From Octopus sinensis (lineage: Eukaryota), in assembly GCF_006345805.1 (NCBI RefSeq), contig NC_042999.1:73036001-73100000 (forward strand): 64,000 bases of DNA, given 5' to 3'. Below the pieces are notes generated by a model that saw only the letters and a list, made by a program, of their open reading frames with translations, was not told where the DNA came from and did not search any database. A program made the translations under genes and the position numbers. This document shows, in pieces, positions 1 through 14,399 of this stretch; the first letter of the stretch is position 1, and each line of letters begins with the position of its first letter.

Positions 1-1550
1 CTTTGATCAAATTTACTTGCAAGGCTTTGGTCAGCATAGGGCTATAATAAGATGCTTGACCAAGGTGTGACATAGTGGGACTGACTCCCAAAACTACATG
101 GTTGCATAGTAAATGTCTTGTCCACACAGCTATGCCTGTGCCATGATACACACACACATGGATATACATATATATCATATGTATGCATGTATGTTTGTGT
201 ATATATATATATCTATGATTATATATTATGGTACACACACACACATCTAAAAATAATTTTTTAACTTTTTCTTTTCTGCTGCTTTGTATAAAAGTTTTAT
301 TTTTCTCTTAATTTTTAAAAAGCAGAAATCACTCAATTCATACAGAAAATGTTAAAAAAAAAAAAAAAACCAAACCATTTATTCATTACTGTGAATTTTA
401 CTTTTATTTCAGAAATCTATTTAGCTTGAGGTTTTTATATATTTATAGTAGAATTTCAGAGAATTAACCACTTAATAAGCACCATGTTGATGGTGCTAAT
501 GAGTAAAGTAGAGGTCCATTAGTGTGGTTTCATTTTATTTTTCACTCTTCATTATTATACTTTTGCTAGTTGAGTAAGTTCTATAATAACTCTGCTTGTT
601 TGCATTCAATGTATTTATGATGACTTGTGTTAATATGAGGTGAGTTTTAGGACACTGAGGAATGGAGTAATATGTCCAATTACCACTCACACGAAGAAAT
701 ATGTTTACACTCAGCTCATACTTAAACAACGTATGTATCAATTACTTTTATGCATTTGTAAACACACACACATCTCAGCTTCACTGCACACTAGCTCAAT
801 ATTCTGAAGAATTTATTCAAAACATTGTCTGCACTGTAAATGCTGATTTAATTGCATAGCAGCATGTGTATGTATGAGCCTCTCTGTGTGTGTGTGTGTG
901 TATGTATGTAAACCCCAAATACCCACTATGTTGTTCTGTGGCAGGCCACCTGAATGCCTCATCGCCACTGTCTCTTCATAGCTCCTCAACAAGAACCTGC
1001 TCTGACCCCCCCCCCCAATCCCTTCCATCTTCTCTCACACTTTAAACCCTCATCGCGTAGCATAAAACCGATCCCTCCCTCATTCGGGGTTTGTGGTCTT
1101 GCGAGCTGCATGGCGGCCTCAATAGTGCTGATAACACGAAAAACGCACACAGTACACCCAATATAATGGTTGGTATTAGGAAATGCATCAAGCTATAAAA
1201 ACCATGCCAAAACCAACATTGGAACACAATGCAGTCCTCGGACCCATTGGATCCTGTCAAACCGTCCAAACCCTGTCAGCATAGAATAGGAACATTAAAT
1301 GATGATGATGCTAGAATGGTTGAAGCATCGAAAAACATGAATTAAAGAATTTCTGTTTCTTTACATCCATAGTTCAAATCAAGCCGATGTAAACTTTGCC
1401 TTTCATCCTTTTGGGATCGATAAAATGAAGTACCGGTCAAATAATGGAGTCGATTATACCGATTTACTCCTCTTCTAAATATTGCTGACCATGTGCCTAA
1501 AATACAAGTCATGTATATATGCACCTATGTGCTTGCCATATATCTATATT

Positions 1551-1772
1551 CTTTTACTCTCTTTTATTTGTTTCAGTCATTTGACTGTGGCCATGCTGGA
1601 GCACCTCCTTTAGTCAAGCAAATCGACCTCAGGACTTATTCTTTGTAAGCCTAGTACTTATTCTATCGGTCTCTTTTGCCGAACCACTAAGTTACGGGGA
1701 CGTAAATACACCAGCATCGGTTGTAAAGCGATGTTGGGGGGAAAAAACACAGACACAAACATATATACACAC

Positions 1773-1824
<52 letters not shown>

Positions 1825-1890
1825 GACGAGCTTCTTTCAGTTTCCGCCTACCAAATCCACTCACAAGGCTTTGGTCGGCCCGAGGCTATA
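1551..1890 (-). mobile_element. Dominant SINE family (tRNA head, internal (TA)n/(TG)n), 5'-truncated copy
   Basis: Homologous to the full-length copy at 35836-36198; further copies at about 1-150, 3770-4110, 4200-4530, 4820-5145, 8870-9000, 13790-13945, 57840-57980 and 63085-63240. Confidence 0.85.
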
Positions 1891-1891
1891 G

Positions 1892-1939
<48 letters not shown>

Positions 1940-2109
1940 TGACGTCATAAGAATTTATAAGTATCAGGAGAACGTGAAATAATTATTTTGGGGAACTGTA
2001 TCTCGAAGCACATAAAGCTGTAAATAATAGTGTCCGGCAGGCAGCCTTCAATTTTTTTTTATCCAAAGGGTTTTTTTTAAACCCAATATTAACCTGCTAT
2101 TTATCGCTA

Positions 2110-2480
2110 TATGTACTTCAAGATTTACTGTTCCAGCAAAGAATTATTCAATCCATCCGTCTTCTCCACCTATTATTCCTGGGAGGGTCATGGGGATAGA
2201 GTTCCCAGGCACCTCCACAATGGGTTTCTATCAGGAGTAACTGTCATTAGACTTTCCATCTGGGTTCTCAAACGTGACCGGCTCAAGTCATGGATGTTAT
2301 CCAACCATCTTGTTCTTGGTCTATCCTTAGGTCTCCTGCCAGTTGATACAGTTTGAAGAACCCGTCTTGTAATTCTTCCCAAAACATTATAGTCGCATAC
2401 CTGTCGTACTGGAGCTTTAACCTCTCAATGCGCATAAGTAGAGGCTCGACCAAGAGAGCCTCCTTAATCTTCGAGCCATG
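2110..2480 (-). mobile_element. RTE-like LINE 3' fragment
   Basis: GRRPKDRPRTRWLDNI motif, typical of the RTE ORF C-terminus (ORF 2188..2382). Confidence 0.65.
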
Positions 2481-5400
2481 TGTCCTGTCGAGTAACGCTT
2501 AGTATCACTATGTGATACAAGTGAATGCAGGGCATATCAATATGCTGTATTTGATTGGGAGTGAATGCATGTCAAATGTGAACTAATTGTTGGAATTAGT
2601 ATGTGTAAATGTTTCTATGGTTGGGAGTTGGATGGATTTGTAAGAATGAATGTAATAATCTGTGTGTGTAACTAAAGCAGTATTAAATTAAAGTAATCAC
2701 TTATGCATCATATTTAATGCACATACACTGTTGGCGGGCATGTTACTGCAGTTTTCGCCCTTATGGCCGTACTGTGTTTAGAAACAAAATTCATGGGAGG
2801 GAAACGAAAAATGGCCCCTGCAACAAGAACGTCAGATGCATTTCAGTCTTCTTATGCATTGTTAATGACGTTTACTCGAAGCCATATGCTTAGACAAGAA
2901 TTCATCATATACAGATAGGAATCCACTGATATTACGTATAGCCGCTGAGCTGAATAAATAATCCGGTGTGCGTAACTGAAGTATTAAAATGAAACAGCCT
3001 CCTATGTATCATATCTAATGTGTGTGCACTGTTGATAAGGCTGGTTTCTACTGTTTTCGTTCAAGGCTGTTTTAATGTATTATGTTCCGAGTATGACTGA
3101 AAATGAAAAAAAATCTAAAATTGTGCTTGCTTGTAAGTGCACCTTTATTCACGTTTATTCTAGCTATTTAAAAATTCTTGAGGACGGTCCTCCCCTTCGA
3201 TAGTCACTACTTATAGCTCAGTTAGTAGGTTTTACGCACACATTTCGAAGCTTTTGCTAGTGACTGACCACACTTATGAAGCCAATCTCCGGTGAAACTT
3301 TGTAGTTAATCTTTACATTTTCCTTCTAAAAATTAATATCCATCCACCCACCCGCCCATCCATCCATCTAGCCATTATTATTATTATTATTATTATTATT
3401 AGGTTTATGAATTTGTTTTGCAAAATTCCTGATGTAAAATCGTGTGTTGAAACATTGTTATATATCAGCAAATGTAACTATTATTATTATTATTCCAGCT
3501 CTTTGCGTTCTGAGATCAAATTCTGCCTTGACTTAGCCCTTCAAGGTCGATGGAATAAGAACCAGCTGAGCACTGGGGTCCATGTATCAACTTACATGTT
3601 CCCACCAAAATTTCAGGTCTTCTATTTCTTCAATCTTAAGCTGTTTGTCTCTTTAGAAGAAATTGGCTGTAGCCAGTATTGGAGAGGGATGGGTTGATCC
3701 TAGTCTAAATACACTCAATGCGGCTGTGACGTTGTAGGCGTTCTTATTGAACTGAGTCGTTTCTAACAGCCGCTTCAGTCATTAGACTGCGGTCATGCTA
3801 GAGCACCACCTTGAAAAATTTCAGTTGAGTGAATTGACTCCAGTACTTATTTTTTGTAAAGCCTGGTACTTATTTTATCGGCCTCTTTTTCCGAACCGCT
3901 AAGTTACGACCACGTAAAAACCAACACCGGCTGTCAAGCGCTGGTGGGGGACAAACATACACAAGGGAACACATTTCCGACAGTGTTCTTTCAGTTTCTG
4001 TCTGCCAATCCGTTCACAAGGCCTTGGTCAACCTGAGGCAATATTGAAGACACTTGCCCAAGGTGCCATGCTGTTGGGAGACAAACTTCTTACCACACAG
4101 CTACGTATGCGCCTGTTCTCTGTAATTTAGAAAATGAAATATTTTAAATGGAAAATTAATTAAAGAAAAAATTTTCTGATTTATCTTTTATGTTTCCATC
4201 ATTGGTTTGAGGTCATACTGGGGCCCCACCTTGAATAGTTTTAGTCGAACAGATCCCCTCCAGTACTTATGAATCTGGTTCTTTTTCTACTGGTCCCTTG
4301 CTGGACCCTTAGATTACGGGAACGCAAACCAACATCGATTTTTAAGCGATGTGTGTGTTTGTATGTGTGCACTGTTTACCCATACAAGCACGATGGGTTT
4401 TCTTACAGTTTCCGTCTCCCAAATCTACTCACTGTAACTGATGACACTTTCTCAAGATGTCGTGCAGCGGGACTGAACCCGAAACCATGCACTTGCAAAG
4501 CGAGCATCTTAACCACACAGCCACGGTCGCTTAATTGTTTTTAAAAATCATTTTATTGCTTTTAGAAATACTGATAAAAGAATGATTTAAGAATAATCGA
4601 TATTTGAAGGAAAAGACAAATTACCTTAAACATTCAGCATTGTGAAAGAAAAGGAAATGCTGACTCTTGCTGAGTAAGAGCAATCAGGAAGTAAGGACTT
4701 AACTGTTCCATAAATATTACAAATTTCTGTTTTTTAACTGGGTGACGAGATGCAAAGTAAAATATATACCTTTGGAATACTGTTGTTGACAGCAAGTACT
4801 CGTGGTTTTATTTTTTATTTATGTCAAGTCATGAAGAATTTTAGTCGAACGGGTCGACCCCAGTGCTTCTATTTTAAGGCTAGTATCTATTCCTATGGGT
4901 CTCTTTTGCCGAATCGTTAAGCTACGGGGACATAAACACACCAACACCAGTTGCCAAGGGTGGTGAGGGGGACACGCATACATACGATGGGCTTCTTTCA
5001 GTTTCCGTCTCCCAAGATCACTCACAAGGCTTTGGTCAGCTCGAGGCAATATTGAAGGCACTTGCCCAAGGTGCCACACAGTGGGACTGAACCTTGAACC
5101 ATGTGGTTGGGAAGCAAACTTATTACCACAATCAGGCCTGTGCCTATTAATTGATTTATTTATTTGAAAGAAGATAAACTAGAATCCTAAGATAAACTCG
5201 CGAAGGTCTGTGACAACCCAAAATAGTTAATAAAATCCGTTAAATAAGACTAGATTGACATTGGCGGGATTTGAACTCACAGTGCAGACAACAAATACTG
5301 CGGAGTGTTTTGTCTAATGCGCCCACGCAATCGTCATCATCATCGTAGCAGTTGTTGTAACAGCAGCACTTGCGTCGCTGAGGACTTATTTATTTTTGGA

Positions 5401-7381
5401 TTTGCTGAAAAGAATTTAGCTGTTTTCTGGAGCATACCACACACCGTTGAAATTTAGATAAGAGAAAATGTAAAACGTTCTCGGCATTTCTCAATAATAG
5501 TATCATTTCATCTTGGTAAACAATAGAAAGAGCCAGAATATACATTTGCGATCACGGTCGTAACAATTGCGTTAAAAGCAGTTACTGCCCTTGTCATAAG
5601 CAAAAACTTGATCGTATCATGAGAACTTTCTAGCTAAATTGCTCAAACTGCTGGTCCGCTTATCTTTATTAGTAACATTTTCTATAAGAACGTATGCCAA
5701 CGGGGGATCACTCTAACTTATATTTCATTAATTCGAGGGTTTTTCCAATTAAGCATTCTTATGAAAACAGCAGCTCTTTTCACTCAGCAACATTTTACGC
5801 AAGGAACACAAACAATTTACATCAAACATTCCCTGTTTATATGAACCTGAAAAACCATCCAATAACGGTATGATAATTGCGCTCTTTTAAAAAGCACCCA
5901 AAACTAATCGAAATAGGCATCACATATGCGCTTATTATTCTTAAATAAATTTCTAAATTTTATTCAAATGCTTGATCCACGAAACCCAGTATTTTCTTAT
6001 GCTGGATTCCTTTTTGGAAACAAAACATCAGTTTTCGACATCTGCTGACCTTCCGCGATCACAACTATTCTATCCACTTTACACTGGCCGAGTAAACGAA
6101 GGGTTTTTCGTGTTCTCTTGATCTGCTAGAAATAGCAACAAAATTCTTCCGAACAACGCCCTACCGTAGATAATGTTCTCCTAGTTATACAAAAAGGACG
6201 GAATTGTCATGACCAGAACATTTTTGATCATAGTCCTGTTCACCTAGGGTTAAACAACATTACAGTTCACATATCCGGGGCGGTGCAAATGCTACACATA
6301 TTTCGGTTTAGTTAAACTAATATGCTAATGCTTCACTCATCCACATATTACAACAAAACCATCGTTTCGTTATCTCTGTCTTTTCTACGATTATAAAAAT
6401 TGTTTCTGGTCTCCGCTATTCACCTCTTCCTGTATTAGCCCACGAAAACTCATAATTAATTGCCTTGCCTAAATCTTTAGCGCACTCCAAGAATCTTTAA
6501 CTTACGTTGTTTGCCTCTGGATATGATCACATCCCAACCGTACACTGCCTCTTCTTAAATTGGATATGATTTAAGGGGAATTTAGTTGCTATTTCTTGCA
6601 AGTCCAGCGACTTCATAGATGGTCTCTCGTTGACTCCTTCCTCCCAACCCTCTTTTTTTTTTTAACACGCACCTATTTCTATTTCACTTGTCACACGATT
6701 CGGCGCTGCTTTGCTTCGAATTAAAAAAAAATTACCCATATTTACTGCTCCCTATAGGGACCTTTTATCGCTAACAAATCTCAATGGTTCGTTAACATAG
6801 TATAGTTCTTTGGAACTTAGATCTTATTTCCTCCATAGCCAGATGATTCTATGTAAAATAGTTAGTGATGAGCTAAATTAAGGCGAGCAGAGTAGTTTCC
6901 CTTTGAGAAGGGGCACAACAACACAAATTACAACCTTTTAACTCTGCTTGAACCGTTAGAACAAGCCATTATAGATTTTTAAGGCACAAGACCAGAAACT
7001 TTTGGTAATTCTTTTTTATTGGTTTCGATCATCGGGCTGTGGCCCTACCTCAGTATCGCTTTCAAGGATTTAATTGTATATATCGACCTCCAGGAATTAC
7101 CGAACTGCTAAACCTGGGATCAAACCCAGAACCACATGGTTGCGAAGCGTACTTACGTATCCATACTGGTACTGAACTTGGTACTTAGCATTTGATCAGG
7201 AAAGAATCAAAGTAAAGACGATCTCATTGGGATTCGAGCCCAGATAAAGACTCGTATCGAAATACAGCAAAGCATTTGTCCGTCCATATTTCAAGCCGTA
7301 TATATTCCGAACCATACGTCCTTAACTTTTCAAGACTATAATACGAGTGCTATTTCTAACAGGTGTCGTGATCACATATAC

Positions 7382-7681
7382 GAGTGGTTCTCAACCATTT
7401 TTTATCAATGAACCGTTGTTTACCATTTTATTGTAGTGGGCTCCCTTAACCATTCGATGTCTAAAAGCTAATTTTATAGTTAATTCTTTAAAAATTCCTA
7501 TTTTGTTACTCATATATTCACTTGCGTAGGTTGAACTATGTAAAATGCTAGAGTAAGAAACCTAACCGTTTCTTGCAATAAATACATCTATAGCCCTTAA
7601 AATATTACTGTCGGCCCAATTTACAATTTTGCTAGCGTAGAACCCACAAAATCTTATATGGACCCCGGCTGAGAACCTCTG
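7382..7681. mobile_element. hAT (Charlie-like) MITE, degenerate
   Basis: Ends GAGTGGTTCTCAACC / GGCTGAGAACCTCTG resemble CAGTGGTTCTCAACC-type TIRs; 8-bp flanks ACATATAC / GCATAGAC match 6/8. Confidence 0.6.
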
Positions 7682-7739
7682 GCATAGACGCTTCCTTGAC
7701 TCGTTAAGTGCTACATTTATACTACAGTCGATCCTATTA

Positions 7740-8060
7740 GCTCCATCGTTGTGTGTACTGATGAAGTTTCTCTCAACTTCAGTATTCTCTAAGATTCGGC
7801 TTTGTCCCCCACACTCTTCCTCCTATTCGTCAATAACTTACTTGCTGTCACCCACAACATTCACTCTTATGCAGATAATATCTTAACTTTCCTAAGCTTT
7901 CACATCCCGGTGTCACCCAGATGCAACCTATATAGCTCATTTCAAATCTGCACTGGTTCCATGAAATATTCCTCGATAGGGTCACACCAGTATTGTCTTC
8001 TTCAGCAACATGCATCGTTACCACTAAACATGATCAAGTTTATATATTACTTGTATGTAA
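7740..8060 (+). mobile_element. L2/CR1-group LINE RT fragment
   Basis: SPTLFLLFVNNLL..HNIHSYADN resembles the RT region around YADD. Confidence 0.6.
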
Positions 8061-8379
8061 CCAGTTCCTATATACAACTATCTATATACACAGTAACTGG
8101 TGGTGGGCGGTCCACTCTGGGCGACGATTTTAGTGGGGCAGTACTTTTGTGTCTGTTATGTAAACCAGTTTAGAAATATATATATTTATAATTATATATA
8201 TATATGTGTGTGTGTATCAATACAGTTATGTATGTGTGTACTCTGCGCAACAGAGACTGGTTATCATAATGAAGACAGAAAATGTTTTCAGTAACTACTA
8301 ACTACTCAAAAGTTCAGGTGGAGTCCACAAAAATGTACTTCTGCATCTAAGTCGGTAGTGCTGCTGCTGCACACAGACA

Positions 8380-8720
8380 TCTAGACTATGTTTAAAAAAA
8401 GAATACACGACTGGTCGGCATGAAGTTACTAGCCATCACACTCCAACTCCTGGTTCGCAGATACACTAATTCATCACTTTGCATTTTCTACTTGTTATCG
8501 TGGCCCTGCTTTCCACAGTTGGCTAAACTCGTGCCCTGTTCACCCAGGGACTCCCCGAGTAGTCTCCCCTTTTCTTGCATGATATATTGTATGCAAGCTT
8601 GATCCTGCACTAAACACTACATCACCCATTCCTTCACCCTAAAGAATTGGTTAGTTAGAATTCCCTTCATATCCATTTTACTTTTGCGTTTGCTGTCAAC
8701 TTGCAGCTGTTTACAAAGGA
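8380..8720 (+). mobile_element. L2/CR1-group LINE 3' fragment (continuation of 7740-8060)
   Basis: LQLLVRR..SSLCIFY..C..LAKLVP resembles the L2/Crack ORF2 C-terminus. Confidence 0.5.
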
Positions 8721-9017
8721 ACAATAAATTCGTCGATCTTGTTTTCAGAAGGCGGTAAAGTTTATCGACACAAACCCTACCCGTGGAGTGAAACTACAAA
8801 CAAAAATCGTTTAAACAAATGTCTGGCTTTATATAAAAATTTATTTTTTATTACATCTAGGTGCAGGCATAGGCATGACTGGTAAGAAGTTTACTCCCCA
8901 ACCACATGTGCGTGGCATCTTGAGCAAGTGTTTCTACTATAACAGACCAAAGCCTTGTGAGTGGGTTTAGTAGATAGAAACTGAAAGAAGCTCGTCGTAC
9001 ACACACACACACATATC

Positions 9018-9325
9018 GGCTTAGTAGTTAAGGTATTCAGCTCACGATTGTAAGGTCGCGAGTTCATTTCCCGGTGACGCGTTGTGTCCTTGAGCAAGAA
9101 ACTTTATTTCATGTTGCTCCAGTTCACTCAGCTGGCAAAAATGAGTAGTACCAGTTTTTTAAAGGGCTAGCCTTGTCACACTCTGTGTTATGCTGAATTT
9201 TCCTGAGAACTACGTTAAGGGCACGCGTGTCTGTGGAGTACTCAGCCACATGTACGTTAACTCCACGAGCAGTCTGTTCCGTTGATCGGATCAACCGGAA
9301 ACCTCGTCGTCGTAACCGACGGGAG
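9018..9325 (+). mobile_element. tRNA-derived SINE (family with GTGTCCTTGAGCAAG core)
   Basis: tRNA-like head (ggcttagtagttaagg...gagttcatttcccgg) plus core; related minus-strand copies at about 26930-27125 and 39665-39810. Confidence 0.65.
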
Positions 9326-9406
9326 TGCCAGTTATATATATATATATATGTGTGTGTGTATGTATGTATGTATTTATTACTGTGAAGCATTGTGTAGAAT
9401 ATATTG

Positions 9407-9638
9407 TATAAAGATCGTGGGTAAGACCAAAACAATGCGAAGTAAATGCAAGGTAAGTCACAAGAAAACAAATATGTGAATTAATGTAGAATTACTTTGC
9501 ATTCAATATTTCGGGGTTATGACCCCACATTCAAGAAATTAACGACAAAGTAAATCTACATTAATTCACATAATTGTTTTCTTGTGATTTACCTTGCATT
9601 TACTTCGCATTGTTTTGGCCTTACCCACTATCTTTATA
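9407..9638. mobile_element. Foldback MITE-like element
   Basis: 93-bp arms 9407-9499 / 9546-9638, 88/93 match, 46-bp spacer. Confidence 0.75.
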
Positions 9639-11251
9639 GAATATATATATATTTGTGTGTGTGTGTTTGCTCCTTGAGAACCCTGTTTGATTTAAGTCCT
9701 TGTAACGTAACAGTTTGGCGAAAATGGCCGATAAAGTACCAGGCTTTAAAAAAAGTACAGGAGTCGGCTATAACCACTGAAGGCGGATCCTAGCAAGGCC
9801 GCAGTCCAATGACTGAAACATGTGAGAAGCAAAGAAACAAAAAAAGAGAATCTGAGATTAACAGTAAAGAAAAAAAAAATGCAAGCCGTTACGTTTTCCC
9901 CTCTAATTTATTGACTTCAAACTACATCAGCTACACTTTCGGGCTGTGAATATTTGAACGGTCAAAAAGAGATAAGTTTTTTTTTTCCATTGGACTCGAC
10001 AAAGGAAATAATATAATTTGAACTGATCACCTGCCAAGATCTAACTTTATAACGCATTCTGTTTTTATGAATGTATTTTCAGAAATACTCTTGAAAGAAC
10101 CTGTCTAATTGTCCCCACTACAGATGATTGTACTAATTAATCCCCCTTAACTGTGCTGCTTCCTCACATTACTCTTATACTTGTTCCCTTCAATACATTA
10201 AGAATCATAGTCGTTACGGTAGTGTATTTCAAATAAAAAAACCTGCAAATGATTAACGAGGAAGACTATGTGGTCGCTTTAACTGCTAGAAGTAGTTGCC
10301 GGATCTTCAACAATACTTACAAAGGACACATTAGGTAATATAGTCTGGTGCATACATTATCTGAAAAAAAAAAGATGGTATGGTCACGGCTAGAATTCTT
10401 TTGAACATACGTCTACGCAATCATTCCAAACCCGGGACTAAACAACTGCATGAAACATTTCCTACAATTTCCGAATTTTACTTGTCTACCATTCTTATGC
10501 GTTGCATTTTCAGGCTTTTGGGAATGAGGAAGGTTGATGAGTTCCAAGTTCTCTTGCGACTCAATATATGTCGAAGTTGACCCGGTTAACCTTCGCCTCT
10601 TTCGCAGGCACTCACAGAAGCAGTGAGGGTTTATGTTTGAAGTTGTACTTCTCCTAGTCAAGCTGCTTTCCAAGGCTGCCGAGCCTAGACTGCCAGTTAT
10701 ATTGTCGGTTTGGCTATGGACACATTAGTGTCATCCCTTAGAGATATACTTTAACAAAAACTAAAGGATGTCTTATTCCCAGTAATATCAAGGACCTCGG
10801 GATTTCTAACTCACCATACCGATGATAGATAGTCGTTGGCTTTATGTCAGGTTTATCCCTCATTTTAACAAGTAGCGTTTTTGCTCTGCTGGGTTTCTAG
10901 CAACGCTCTTAATCAAGCAAACTTAGAGCCGTTAGTTGCCGACGACCCAACTACGTAATAGGCTGTATCTGACTATATGTTACCAACAGCTGTTGTGAGG
11001 AACCTGACTAATGCCCTAGATGTATGTAGCATATGAAGTCCAAAATATCCCCCAAAAGGGGGATGGTCATGGTTGGAAAGCTAATAATAATAATGCTTGA
11101 TTAGGGCTGATGTGAAGCTAAATAACTACACCAACAACAGTGCCGACACAGACACCACCAACAGCAGTATTGAGCATCACCAACAAGAACAACAACACCA
11201 AAAATGACACTAACAACATCACCCCATCCAGCTGGCTGTAAATAGATTATC

Positions 11252-11475
11252 TATTTCTTTACTACCCACAAGGGGCTAAACACAGAGAGGACAAACAAAG
11301 ACAGACAAACGGATTAAGTCGATTACATCGACCCCAGTGCATAACTGGTACTTAATTTATCGATCCCGAAAGGATGAAAGGCAAAGTCGACCTCGACGGA
11401 ATTTGAACTCAGAACGTAACGGCAGACGAAATACGGCTACGCATTTCGCCCGGTGTGCTAACGTTTCTGCCAGCT
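11252..11475 (-). mobile_element. tRNA-derived SINE (second family) with long TSD
   Basis: Family matches 47530-47758 and 52381-53016; flanked by identical CCAGCTGGCTGTAAATAGATTATC at 11228-11251 and 11470-11493. Confidence 0.85.
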
Positions 11476-11499
11476 GGCTGTAAATAGATTATCCTCATC

Positions 11500-12760
11500 A
11501 TCCGGTTGTGCTTATTGCTCGGATTGCCGTGACTTGTTTCGTTCAGTCTGTCCACCATTGCACGTGATAGGTCTCCTCATGTGTACTCGGAGCTCTCGCA
11601 TAGCTGCTTTATATGTAGATTCAATGTGGTCGACCAATATTTTGCGTACCTATGCTTCGATTCCCAGAGAAGAACGGCGTTGATGATCTCATCTTTTTCT
11701 CTCCAGTAATGTCCAGCGAATGTTCTCTCTACGATGACGTGATATTGGTGGTAAATTACCATAGAAAACTTCTTTCGTAGTGTGTTGTCTCCAGGAGATG
11801 TCATGAGCAGCTCAAAGCATTCTTGTATAAGTCCCGTCAATTTTCTTTTCAAGACACTTTGTTAGCGTTCATGTTGTACATCCATATAACAAAATTGAAA
11901 GAAATTACGTTTCAAATTTAATGGAAGCTTAAATTTCCAGACCATTGATAATCTAAAGTTGCCCAAACTTTGCCGATTCGGATATGAACATCACTTGTGG
12001 ACAGACCTTCCTTTGCTATTTTACTTGTAAGGTATATGAATTCATCAATATATTTCAAGGATTTTCCAGATGTGGTTGTAACATCTTTAGCAGCACTTTC
12101 AAGGTTGTACAAGAGAGACTCTGCATCACAAACTTCATCAGCTAGTAGCGTCATATTTGGAAAATGTCTACTTTTGGCTGGTTGACGAGTGAACACTTTG
12201 TTCTTCATCTCATTTACAGACGTGCGTAGAATATGATCTAGACATGTAATGAATAGGTAGGTACCAAGGTGTTACCCTGGAGGACACCAGCCACTATGTC
12301 TGGAGAAAGAACTATAGATTGAGTATTTCTATACAACATTATGATGGCACTGAGTTTTCTTTGTGATACCGTATGCAAGAAGTATTTCTTCCATCTTCCC
12401 TCTGTGTATCGAGTCAAAGGCCCTTGAAAAATCAACAATAGGACTGCTTTCAGGTTCTTCGCACGAACTTCTTCAATAACTCCTCGGACTGTAAGAATCT
12501 GGACGAATGTTGGTCTATTTCGTCGAAAGCCATTCTGATTTTCCCTCATGACATTTTTAATCTCCGATCGGATAGGATTGAGTAGCATGGCATTGTAAAC
12601 TTTGGCAGATTTGGCAGTGAGGATAATTCCTCTGTAGGTTTTGCTGACACCGATATCTCCCTTCTTTGGAAACAGGAGGATGCAGCTTTTACTCCATTTC
12701 TCTATACGCTTTTGATGGTACATAGCGTACCATCTAGTTGATCTCAAGTGTTATACTGGC
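11500..12760 (-). mobile_element. RTE-clade LINE reverse-transcriptase relic (frameshifted)
   Basis: ORF 12238..12747 has PKKGD..YRGI.L..AKVYNAMLLN..QNGFRRNR.T..QILTVR..GVLQG; continuing fragments in ORFs 11918..12208 and 11577..11852. Confidence 0.85.
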
Positions 12761-14002
12761 GTGAGTACATCTCTTGGTGGGGCCACCTATACCAGACAGG
12801 TCGAGGGCCAGGGTCCAGACCAAAATAATCACTCTAGAGGAGTAAAACCTCACTGATGAAAAACCCCCGAGCCAGGGTCACGGTAAAACCAAGGGAAGCA
12901 GTGTGATGGATTTGTTAATTTCGGCGGAGGAGCTGTTATCTGCCGACGGCGAAACACAAGGAGCCGAGCGGAAGAAGTTAGAATGTCAACGGCCAAGGTC
13001 ACAGTCCAGTAAGGCAACTATTGCAACATCTATAGGTGGGATGTCCGTAGATGGGATGTTCAGCTTAAGAATGATAAGTAGGTGGAATGTTCAGCTAAAG
13101 AATGATAACCCTTTCTCATATTAGACATAAATGGCTACGATATGTAGAATTGTATAAATATTCTAGTCGTACATAGATTCCAAAGGTTATTAGTCATATA
13201 TAGCTATCATAACTGTATAAGTACAATGTTATAGAATGTGATAACAGACTGGATTCTGATTAGCGCAAAAGAAACAGAAGCTGACGACGAACAAGAAGTT
13301 ACATGGGATAGATTTGCTGGCAAATTAGAGATCGGGCAGCTAAAGCCTAAAGTTAGAGATAAAAGAAAAGAGCTTTACTCAGCAATGGGAGAATAATGAC
13401 TGATTTGAGTGGTTGGCTTTGCTCTTATGCCACATGAATGGATAAAGATTCAGTTCTTATATCTATTTTGAATGGTGTGACACTTAGCACTAAGTTTTGT
13501 ACTGGTTACAAAATATCATCCGATATAAGGCATCCTAGAGATTTCGGTATTCATCTGCTCCTTCAACAGAGTTCTGGATTTAGATATTTTGTCATTGATT
13601 ATAGGTTGGAGATGGGGGGAAAGAACGAATTTGTCATGGCCTTATGAGTCGTTGTCACATTAGCATGTTGTATATTTGAGGTTTTGTTTACAGCAACATG
13701 GGCTGTGATGATTTAAACGATTCAGAACCGTTTCCACGTTGTAATCCCGTTAAGTCTGTTTATTAGCACTTAAGTCTAGGTTTTTGCTTTTCTAACGGCG
13801 TGGAGCTTGCTTCGCAATCATATAGTTTCTGGTTCAGTCCTACTGCATGGTACCCTGGGAAGTGTCTTCTACTATAGCCTCGGACCTATCAAAGTCTTGT
13901 AAGTGGATTTGGTAGATGAAAACTGAAAGAAGCCTGTCGTATATATGGTCGGACCGACCATAACAAACAACCTTGTAGGTATGTATGTATGTATGTATGT
14001 AA

Positions 14003-14399
14003 GAATAAATAACAACAGATGAATTATGTGTCAATTCACTACAACCGTTTCCAACAAATTTTTAATGGATTAATGGAGACATTACATCATTAGAAATAAA
14101 CCGTTTTCATCAGATGAATACATGAAACACAACAGTCAAAAACATTAAAAATTCAACGATATGTGCATCTTTATAATTCTATGGCCCTTACTGGTCATAA
14201 AATCATTCCATGATCAGCAAGGGGCATAGAATCATGAAGATGCACATCCCGTTGGATTTTTAATGTTTTTGAATGTTGTATTCACCTGATGAAAGCAGTT
14301 TTTTTTTCTAATGATGTAGTGTCTCCATTAATGAATTAAAAATACGTTGGAAACGGTTGTAATGAATTGACACATTGGTTCATCTGTTGTTATTTATTC
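14003..14399. mobile_element. Foldback MITE (about 195-bp arms, 11-nt loop)
   Basis: 14003-14198 is the diverged reverse complement of 14210-14399 (ends GAATAAATAACAACAGATGAA / TTCATCTGTTGTTATTTATTC). Confidence 0.8.

Noticed and set aside
13100-13700. Possible Penelope GIY-YIG relic (PYIG-like string on the minus strand)
   Set aside because: Too degenerate to support without a profile search.
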